From Octopus sinensis (Eukaryota): DNA of 64,000 nt. Made by a program: the position numbers and the translations under genes. Every line of letters begins with the position of its first letter. Positions within the stretch are counted from its first letter, which is position 1. Where the stretch lies: NCBI RefSeq assembly GCF_006345805.1, contig NC_043012.1:50530001-50594000 (forward strand), read 5' to 3'. The notes beneath the pieces are model-generated. The model ran no database searches. It saw only the letters and a list, made by a program, of their open reading frames with translations, and was not told the origin of the DNA. Positions 52,900 to 64,000 of this stretch are shown here, piece by piece.

Positions 52900-54336
52900 T
52901 AAATTTCAAGAATAGCTTGATAGCACGTTGCTTCAATGTCTGTGCAAGACAACGGGGGTGTGCTTTTAATCCTAAGCACTTCGTATTTCTCTCTATTGTG
53001 CAGGAGTTGAGTCCCAGTTAAGAGATTTTATGCCCCTTTTCGACCTCCACCTAACACAGCTTGACTGTATCGCTGGATCAAAAGGAAGAAGGAAAGCAAC
53101 GGTGTCTGTATATACCACTGTCTACATAGGCATCAAAAACAATCAGAGAAAGCATGTCTGTTAAGCCACACTCTCTTTTGAGTGCCATCTATTTATTTTT
53201 TCTACATAATCGAGACAATTGTAGATCAAAGAAGTGGGCGGGATTTATATACGCTCAAGATACAGAACATTTGAAGTATCTTACAAAAACGGTGGAACGT
53301 TCTCGGCGTCACAATAGCCTGCGAAAAAGCAACTCATTAAAATGATGATCAAATGTTTTGAACGAGTGCAATGTCGTTTCAGAAACGAGTTGAAGCAATG
53401 CATGTTGCACTAATGTCAAAGACTCGACACCTTCAACTTGGCCGTGTATCCTCTACATTTACACTTTGTAGCAATGACGTAGTTTACGGGAAAATTTTGA
53501 GCACCACCAAATATATTTGGACGCTTCTCTCTCGGTAGTTAACGAAGCATTTGAAGAAGCATGTGCCCAACTTTTAGTACTGAAATTTATTTTCGATTTC
53601 AGGCAGTTCCTAGAGACAAGGAAGAACTATAAATCTATCCTGTGCGAAAATTCATGTCGACACGGTTCAGAACTATTGAAGGCAGTAATTCAGTGCCTGT
53701 GCTTTGAAGAGTTGTAGTTTTGTGGAACTGCTGATTTTGCATGTTCCATGGAAGCTACTTTCGACTCAGTCTAACATTCCTGACTTCCTTTGGTTAATGA
53801 GAACAGGTAAGATTCAATCATCTGATGGCTAGGGAGAGAAAACTCACAAAATAGATATGAATTTTTGGAACTAACGGTTATGGTTGAAAGGGAGAGAAAA
53901 TGCTGATATGAATGATGTAGAGGTATACATGCTTAGAACCACCAGTTCACATTTTTCCGATGAAAATTAAAAAAGTAAAAACTAAAATTGCCAAAATATG
54001 AATACCCCAGCATGATCTTATCCATTATGTCCATATCACCCTCCTTCTTCTCCAGCCGCGTTACTGCTATTCGGATAATAGCAGTATGTATTCTCTTAAT
54101 ATTTTTTTATCGTATCCAACTGATGTTAAACGTCATTAAAAATTCTTTGGGAACTATACATAAATATAGTTGGAGGCACCGTTCAATTTGTGCACATTAT
54201 CATTGGTAAATGCCACCAGGAACCAAATAGCACTTATCTATAGTTATGATATTTTAAACATTGCACCGTGTGCTCTTATGTGAGCCTCGGAAGATTGTTC
54301 TGCTACGCTAGTCATTGCGCTTTAGTAGAATCTAGT

Positions 54337-54671
54337 GAAGGCGCATGGCTCAGTGGTCAGAGCGTCGCGCTTACGATCGTGATGTTGTGAGCTCGAATCC
54401 CGGACCGGGCTGTGTGTTGTGTTCTTGAGCAAAACACTTTATTTCACGTTGCTCCAGTTCACTCGACTGTAGAAATGAGTTGCGACATCATAGGTGCCAA
54501 GCTGTATATAGGCCCTTGCGTTTCCCTCGGATAACACTGGTGGCGTGGAGAGGGGTGGCCGGTATGCATGGGCGACTGCCGGTCTTCCATAACAACCTTG
54601 CCCGGACTTGTGCCTGGGAGGGTAACTTTCTAAGTGCAATCCCATTGTCAGTGTCGTGACCGAAGGGAGTC
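54337..54671 (+). mobile_element. Full-length SINE family D (tRNA head, CORE-like domain)
   Basis: gaaggcgcatggctcagtggtcagagcg...gttcttgagcaaaacactttatttcacgttgctccag...gtcgtgaccgaagggagtc. Confidence 0.9.
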
Positions 54672-57600
54672 TTATGAGTAGAATCCATGTATCAATGACT
54701 AGACCAACTCTGCAACAAAAATCATAAATTAATGTTTGCTATAGCATTTTCAATAGGGCAAATAAATAAGTGTCACTTTCAAAGTTAAACAACCAAGTAG
54801 GACACGTCTTACGTAGAATTATTATTATTGCAGTTGTTGTTGTTTTATATAATAATAATAATAATAATAATAACAATAATAATAATAATAATAATAATAT
54901 CGATACAATATAACAACAACAATAATACGATTTTCTGCTGAATAAGCAAGAAATTAGGACTGGGAATTTTATCTTGGTTTAAGAAATTGACACCTATGTT
55001 TCACTATCGCTGAAGGAACACACCAATGGAACCTCATTACTGAACTTGTTCAAGTCAACAAACCACGCATTGCAATAAACAACATACAGGATATAAAAGA
55101 GAAAGAAGAATAACAAATGAAATTAAGAAAGAAACGAAATAAAAACAGAATGCAATCGTAGGAAGAAAAGGACAAACGCAATGGTGATCCAGATAGATGG
55201 TAAATATGATTAACTTCACAGAGCTTCATGGCAATCGAATTTACAAACATAAAACAGCAATTGAAAGCCTGTTCCTTTTCATATGTTACCAGGCTTTCAG
55301 ACGAATTCCGTATGTCTCCTATCTGATCCGTCAAATGAATAACAGGTTTTCGCTATACATTCATAAGTTTGTTATTGTCTTATCGATTCATTATAAGCTT
55401 ACCTTTACCGAATATTTCTTTTTTGTAGGAGAACCGCAATACAATTCATTATGCTGGAAGCTGGCTACATCATTGGCCCTTAGGAGATCTTAAGAGAAAA
55501 CAAACAAAAATTCTGGTCGTTGGACGAAGATCTGGCGATGTTTTATTTTAGCTTCAGTTCCATTATTATATAAAACTTTTTCGCTGATGTTCCTTTTCTG
55601 TTTCATGTAGTGTTACCCAATTTAAATTTATTCTTTAACCCAGTTCTTTGTTGTTGTTTTTTTTCTTGCTCTTGTGTGTTTAGCTTACAGTCCTATTTCT
55701 ATTATATCATTACACCGCTCTTTTTTTCTCTGCAGTCGTGTAATTTACCTTTATTTCTTCCTTCATCTGACAAGTCTCTTTATAAATAAGGGCGAATAGA
55801 AGGGGAAATAAAACAAAACTAAACCAATGTTATGAATGAAAATCGAAATAACAAAGGCAAAAAAGGTACTTGTGCAACAGTAAAGATTCTATTTGAATTT
55901 ACAACTATTTTTAGAATGGATATCGTTTTTTTTTTTACATTCTGGTTTTTTGAAGCTTCTTTTCTTTCTTCCCAGCAACTTTTTCAATGAGATTGAAATA
56001 AGAAATAAAACAGAAAATAGAGTTATGTTTTGTATATCTCGGTTAAGGATCGAAGAAAACAGAGGCAAGTATAATTACCCAACATAGTTTATCTCCATAA
56101 TGTAATTGAATTGCTGTACTCCCAATTGTTAACGTCAATGTCAGTAACCGTCTACAATGCATGGATGGCTCTATTTTTTTCTTCCTTTATTACTAGCATT
56201 GAAATAATTTTCATCATTGTAGCGTCAACACCTTATTGTCAATGCTATTGCTGTTGTATTTAATTATTGTTTTTGTCATCGTTGTGTTAACTGCTGTCGT
56301 TGGAGTGGATGTAAGACATTTGGAGAGATGATGCCTACACGACAGAATTGTTGGGACTGTACTATATGTAATTCTTCGGCGAATACACCTGGGAGGGGGC
56401 AGCTTTTCATAATGGTGGTAATTGTTATTCTATACGTTTTCTTTCATTGGATCTAAGGTTGTAGTCTGGCACCAACATCGTTCAAATGCGATAAACAGTG
56501 ATGGTAGTGCGTATGCCTCAGAAACCATAGTAACATCAAGGAGGGCTAACTGGGAACCCCACATGTAAAACCCACGAGTAGGTTTTTAAGGCAGTTCTCA
56601 TATGAACGTCAACAAGTTATGCAAGTTTAACCACCTGTCTACCAGCCGTACCCGGTTGATACGTAGACCCTCTCTTTTCTTCTCCAAACGCTTTCCGGTT
56701 ACAATGGCTGGTTTAGGAGTGGATTCTATAAATGATTGAGACATGGGGTCATCCAGGAAGCAAGTCGCCTTTTCGGGTCAGCAGCTATGAATGTTACAGC
56801 CATCAGCGAAACCAGGGCTTTCGACTAACACGATCTAGCCCTTAGTATTTGATGAATTTGAGGTCTATACATCTATTAGTCTGCCTAGGGTATAGACACA
56901 TCGCTGTTTGGCTCACCGACCTATACAAATAAAGAGTAATTATGTTACTCTGCATAACGTGTCCACAAACCTCGTTTCGAAAATATGTGTAATTTGAGTA
57001 TTAATGATGAGAACATTAGCACACAGCAATGATAAAATAAACACCATCGTGTGTTTATCGGAAAACATTCGAATATTTTCTTCTTGTAATTTCGACGTTT
57101 GATCAGAGCTAACATGTAGCTCAACAACAAAGGCAGAACGTTAACACCGGCAATAGGTTTACTTAATCTTAAGATAGCTAGAAATATATACAGGTTCTTT
57201 CATCCAAATCTTTTGAATACGTCCCAGACATTCGATCATGCAGCCAGTGGAATCTTCATATCTGTGATATATCAAGAATTGAAAATTAACTATGGGACAA
57301 ATTTTTGCTCTAAATATATTAAGTGAAACTATTATTGAATCCATTCTAAGAAAATGTATTGCAATTTCTTATTCATGGAATCCAAGAGTTTTAAAGCAAA
57401 GTGTGATAGTATTTACACTTGACAAACAATGGATTGTTAGCAAAAAAATATGGACTTTATTGAAATGCAAAATCAGCAACGATAGGATTTGAACTGATAT
57501 TGAAAGTATAAATAGAAAGCCAATAATTCTGACATTTAGTGACCTGGGTAAAAGCTAAACTTCGTTCTAAGGCAGTTTTAGGCAATCTGTGGCGCACAAG

Positions 57601-57900
57601 ATTACTATAATTCTTCGTCTAACAAAAAATTGCCTTGAAGTGTTTAGTACAGGGACACGCTTGATAATGAGCAACGTTCCATGAAACCGCTTCCCGATAG
57701 AGGTTCTGAATGCTTTTTGCAATATTTTGATTAATCGTGGAGTAGATACCTTATTTCAGAAAGGTCGTTTTGGTGTTAAGACTTAGCTAAGTGTTGATCA
57801 TACAAATCTATGATATTTAAGCGCATTCTAGCAGTGTCATAGAGTAAATTTCCTATATGTGTGAAACTGGATTGTGGATGAATGAGAAAACTTACTCTAC

Positions 57901-58935
57901 CACGAGTATAGGCTGAAAATTTCGTAGGTTGACCATGATACTCTCATGGAATGCAAACCGATGAGGTTTATTTTTTAGCATAGTCAACTCTTGAGGTCCA
58001 CTACTTAAGTCTGTGTTTCAGTACTTGAATCCCATTGCTGTAGTGATTATAATCTTGTTGGTCAAACAAATTTATCATCAGCAGTTGTGATGTCATCATC
58101 AGTGCGATACTGGTTCTCAGTCAAATGTTTTTCATGTTGGGGAACAGAAGATAGTCAGATGGGCCATATCATGAGAATAGGGAGGATGGTGATCAACTAT
58201 TTCAAAGCCACAATCATGCACGGCAGCCACTGACACGAAGGGCTTGTGTCAGAAGCATTAACCTGGTGAAAAGAAAACAACCTTTTGTCAGTTTTCATGG
58301 GCGTTTCGAGTTGAAATCCTATCGAATCTCCCGAAGCAAGTTGGCACAGTAACGCTCCATTCAAGGCGTGGAATTTTTGAAGGTAGTTAATAAATACCAT
58401 ACCTTTTTGCATCCGAAAAAAAAACTAAGGCCATCTCCTTCCTTGCAGATGAAACCACCTTGACCTACTTTGGATCAGACCAGGAAGAGTGTTTACACTC
58501 CATTGATTGTCTCTTTGACTCTAGTTCAAATTCATGAACTAACCATTCAAAGCGGTTTAGGACACGTTCAAGGAAACCATATGGAACAGTATGAAAACAT
58601 ATCAGATTCTCCGTGATGTGATGAACCTGGTTCGCTTTGAACAGATGACAGATGACCCATCGAGCGGAAACTTTCTTCCTAACAAGTTCATTGTGGTGAA
58701 CACTTTTTCGGGATATACTAATAGCCTTAGCTACTTGATTTATTGTCAGATGCATGTAATCCATCGGTAGGTGCAGAACGCAATCAATGTTTCCTCCGGA
58801 AGTGGTAGTCGTAGGACTTTCAAACAGTGAGTCATGTTCAAGACGCACATTTTCCCTCATAAATTCAGCTCCCAACTTTTGCACTGTTGATACAGCTTCA
58901 GCGACATCCCCTAATGTAACAACCATGTCAGCATG
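57901..58935 (-). mobile_element. Degraded mariner (Tc1/mariner) transposon
   Basis: Peptides TINQVAKAISIS...KKVSARWV...FLERVLNRFEWLVHEFELESKRQSMECKH, then FHQVNA and downstream HPPYSPDLAP-like and YVEK-like relics with stops. TIR-like cacgagtataggctgaaaatttcgtaggttgac at 57901. Confidence 0.9.
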
Positions 58936-59099
58936 AATGTCACCGTGGGCTCCCCTTTTTTTTTTATTTTTAGTTTGTTTCTTTTTGCAGTAGTTGATAA
59001 GTACAAGATGCCAAATTTTCTCCATTTTCAAAAGCAAACTCCAATGATTAGGCTTGAAATATTCTTTGAACAGTCAAATGTCAGTGTGACAGAAAAGAA

Positions 59100-59310
59100 A
59101 CTCTTTACTCTTACTCTTTTACTCTTTTAGTTGTTTCAGTCATTTGATTGCGGCCATGCTGAAGCACCGCCTTTAGTCGAACAAATCGACCCTGGGACTT
59201 ATTCTTTGTAAGCTCAGTACTTATTCTATCGGTCTCTTTTGCCGAACCGCTAAGTGACGGTGAGGTAAACACACCAGCATCGGTTGTCAAGCAATGCTAG
59301 GGGGACAAAT
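59100..59310 (-). mobile_element. SINE family C, 3' part
   Basis: tttactcttttagttgtttcagtcatttgattgcggccatgctgaagcaccgcc...cagcatcggttgtcaagc. Confidence 0.9.
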
Positions 59311-59423
59311 GCAGACACACAAACACACACACACACACCCACACACAGATATATATATATATATATCTGGGCCGCTGGTGGCAATAAAATTCTACAAAAT
59401 TTTCCTTGCCACCCTATATTGAT

Positions 59424-59488
<65 letters not shown>

Positions 59489-59889
59489 TATAATATATAT
59501 ATATACACGATGCAGATTTTAATAAACAGAGTTGACATTCATGCAAGGAAGGTTTCCTCATTCCGTCATAGTCAGCGCACGAAATATTCAGCCCGATGTC
59601 GTAAAGTAAACTAAACTTTCAAAGAGTTTAGCTGGAACATCTAACGAGTCAAACATCCAGGTTGAGGAGTGCAAGTGAGTGAAAGGCTACCGTGACTAGT
59701 GTGAGATTTCAACATGTATGTGGGAAGTAACCGCACACATACATACGCACATATATATATACAAACACACACACACAGAAACACTTACGTGCACACACAC
59801 ACACATACACTTAAAAGTACATATATATGTGTACATATATGTGGTCTCTATATCCCTTACACACACACATATATATTCTTTCGACTATT

Positions 59890-60058
59890 GGCACAGGGCC
59901 TTATATCGACTGTAGTACTCAACGGATACTTATTTTTTCATACCGAAAAGGATGAAAAGCAAATTCGATATCGGCGGAATTTGAACTCAGAACGTAAGTG
60001 CGGAAGAAATACCGCTAAGCAATTTTGTACGGACTAACGATTCTGCCTGCTCCCCACC
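59890..60058 (-). mobile_element. SINE family A variant
   Basis: ggatgaaaagcaaattcgatatcggcggaatttgaactcagaacg...taacgattctgcc. Confidence 0.8.
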
Positions 60059-60353
60059 ACTGTTCTATATGGTTGCTCCTACATATATATTTGCATATAT
60101 TTACATGCATCTATATAAATACCCACCCGCACTCTCATACAGAGACACAAGCAGACAGATGTGAGAGTTTGTGCGAGTGCATGTGTGTGATAGTATTACG
60201 CAAGTAAATAGGTATGTGAGGGGAAAGGCGTGCGTATTTGAAACATATATCCTTTGGCATAAATTTTCGCATTCAAGTTATAGGTACTTAAATGATTTTC
60301 ATTATTTATGAATGGTTCTCAAATTTACAATTTACTCCCTCTCTTCGTCGTTG

Positions 60354-60391
<38 letters not shown>

Positions 60392-60405
60392 CTATATATA
60401 TAACT

Positions 60406-60438
<33 letters not shown>

Positions 60439-60548
60439 GATATATATATATATATATATATAACTACATATACACAAACACACATATATGTTTATACATA
60501 TACATATACGTTCATGTCAGTGTGTGTGTTTGCTTGTGTATGTATATT

Positions 60549-60609
<61 letters not shown>

Positions 60610-61001
60610 ATATTCGTACATGTGTGTTTGTATGTGCGTTAACTCACACACGTACATATACATTTTCAAGCTATTCACTACGCATATGACGATAAATTAT
60701 ATGTCCGCGTGTGCTGGGTGTAGGTGTATATACACTGACATACACACATATATTGAAGACCGCCAAAACAGATACTTCGAAAGAGAGATGGAGATAGATT
60801 GATAGATAGAATGATAGATAGATACATACATACATGCATACATACACACACACGTAGATTTATATGTGTTTATATATATATAACGTCTGTGCTTAGACAG
60901 GTATGTTAATTTGTGTGTTATTGTAGTAAAAAAAATGGTTTGATGATTTATTACGTAGTGAGATACTTCAGAGATTAAGCAACTTTAAGATAGTACGTGT
61001 G

Positions 61002-61069
<68 letters not shown>

Positions 61070-61476
61070 TGTATAGATAGATAGATAGGTAGATAGATAG
61101 ATAGATAGATAGATAGGTAGATAGATAGATAGATATATATATGTGTACATATATATGTACATATGTATATATGTATGGATATATGTATATATGTATCTCT
61201 CTCTGTATATATATATATCTATATATATATATAGAGAGAGACAGAGACAGACAGACAGACGGAGATAGATAGATAGATAGATAGATATAGATATAGATAT
61301 ATACATATATACATATATGCATATGTACATATATGCAAATATATATAGATGTTTATATAAACGTATATATATATAAATATATATATATATACTCATATAT
61401 ATATGTATGTATATAAATACACACATATATATATATATATGTATGAATGTGTGTATGTGTGAATTTATATATACAA

Positions 61477-61526
<50 letters not shown>

Positions 61527-62411
61527 CTATATAAATATATGCATATATATATATATATATACATATACGTATGTATATATATATATATATATATATAAAC
61601 ATATATAAAGGCATAGACATAATACGTTCAAATATATATGTATACACACACAGGCGCACATTTGTCTCTACGTATATACATATGTGTAAAATATGTCTAT
61701 CTATCAATCTGTGACAAGATGAGTCTTATTTATGAAGAAAAATGACGGCCAGCAAAATAAACATATAACATAGCACAGACACAACCAAGGAAAGCAGAGG
61801 AATAATGGCAGGAATGCAGTATGAAAAAAGTATGTGCGCGGCAAGAATAACAAAAACAACAAAAACTGTTATGGTATCAACGTTGAAGCAACATTAAAAA
61901 CAGTATGAACACCAACAGTAATATGAAAACCTAAAGTAGATACAACAAAACCACTTCTATAACAAAAATTGTAAGTATAATTACAAAGCCAAAATAGCGA
62001 ATAGAAGAATAAGAAAAGGATATGGAAAATAATAAAATTTAGGAAAACCATAACAATAGATACGCCAAAACAACAATATTTGATTTGTTGAATACAAAAA
62101 CAGCTACTTTATATATCTATAAATAGATATATATATATATATACATATGTGTGTGTGTGTTTGTATGTGTGTGGGTCTGTTTTGGTCTATACATAATACA
62201 TATATATATATATATAATATATATATATATGTATGTATGTATGCATGAATATGTGTGTGTATGTGTATTTGTGTTTGTGTGTGTATATTCATCTATATAC
62301 ATATGTTTATAAACATGTATATGTACATATGGATGTATATATATGTATGTTCATACATGCAATCTCACATACAGACATTCATATTTCTGCATATATATGA
62401 AGTAAAAATAT

Positions 62412-62505
<94 letters not shown>

Positions 62506-62527
62506 GATATATATATATATATATATA

Positions 62528-62598
<71 letters not shown>

Positions 62599-63185
62599 AT
62601 ATATATATAATATATATATGCATGCATGCTTAAATATATACGTACATATGTGTGTGTATAAATGTACACATGTAATCATGCTTACTCTAATGCTTACGTA
62701 TATACATACACTGCAGACATAATAGAAATTATTTCTCTATTACTTAAGTAAAAAAAATGTCAATATATTTATATTAATCAAAGGTACTTTAGAAATTTCT
62801 CTTTCTCCCTGTGACAGCTATTAACAGTTAACGTACTTTAAAGTACTGCCGCACAAATCATTTAACAAGAATGCTTGCTATACACAAGCCAATGTAATCA
62901 TAACAACTATTTCAATAACAATAGCAACATATCTCTATAGTAGGAACTGTATATCATTCTAGTTCCTGTCTCAGGGTGTGTTTCTCTATGAAATTTCAAT
63001 GATCAATCATTAAATTCAAACAACGTATTTACACAATTAATATTAAAGTTTTGCTTTTCACTAAATTTGTTCTTTATCTGGAAATATGTTTGTGTGTGTG
63101 TGAACTGCGCGCCTGTGTTTCTGTGTATACATATGTATATGTGTGTGCATGTGTTATAAAATATATGTATATGTATTATATATAT

Positions 63186-63277
<92 letters not shown>

Positions 63278-63375
63278 TACCTGGGTAGCAAAAATCACAA
63301 CAGAAAAATCACGGTTGAGGTTACGACCATGGGGTATCGCAACCGTGCTTTAGTGCGGATAATTTCTTCCCTCAC

Positions 63376-63459
<84 letters not shown>

Positions 63460-63869
63460 CGTGTATGTATTTGTGTATAATATATATATATGAGTGTGTG
63501 TGTGTACGTGTATGAATAAATAAATTTACTTTATTTTATCTTCGAGTGCTCTGAGGCAGCTAGACTGACGCCTCTGAGTGTAGCTAGTCTGACGGAAATG
63601 GTTTTCTTAGGGCATTCACTCGGGATTTTGGTTCATCTGATATCCCAGATAAAAATTTTACCGAATCATTCTTTCAAAATGGCAACTTCAACACTTTACA
63701 AATCGTTGAGGCTATTCGGCAGAATTTTGAAGTTGTGGACGCTTCAAATGCAAGATGTTATTGTCCTGGATCCTCATTTTAGTTGGACTTTTTGGGGCCT
63801 AAGCAGTGCTGTCAATTTCGATAATTAGTATTGCTTTTAATTTCAAATTTGGGAGGTAGATACTCCAGC

Positions 63870-63875
63870 ATCTTC

Positions 63876-63915
<40 letters not shown>

Positions 63916-64000
63916 AACACTCACACACTCAGACACACACACGCACACACACACACACACAAACACACGCACACTCACACACACACTCACACATACACTC
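63870..64000. repeat. (CA)n microsatellite
   Basis: Direct read. Confidence 0.95.

Noticed and set aside
56540-56930. GC-richer stretch that might be a LINE endonuclease relic
   Set aside because: No diagnostic APE motifs could be read with confidence.

Overview
Eukaryotic, AT-rich, mostly non-coding DNA that looks like a cephalopod (Octopus-type) genome, judged from its tRNA-derived SINE families and very dense (TA)n/(TG)n/(GATA)n microsatellites. Most ORFs in the supplied track are microsatellite artefacts. The supportable coding remnants are transposons: a Penelope-like element with a GIY-YIG endonuclease, Tx1/L1, RTE and CR1-like LINE fragments, and a mariner pseudogene. There is also one candidate two-exon gene for a small secreted Cys-rich protein. 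The main signal is a set of non-coding elements carrying hammerhead ribozyme (HHR) motifs, all sitting in (TA)n tracts and resembling Penelope pLTRs or non-LTR retrozymes. (1) A ~544-bp tandem array (45587-51322) has 11 copies of a minimal type I HHR with a variant core and a head-to-head inversion. (2) A duplicated ~0.9-kb element (3118-4040, 4641-5545) has two type I HHRs 477 nt apart and a ~247-bp inverted arm joined at the HHR. (3) A CpG-decayed HHR relic lies at ~16670. All calls were made by eye; no folding or database search was run.
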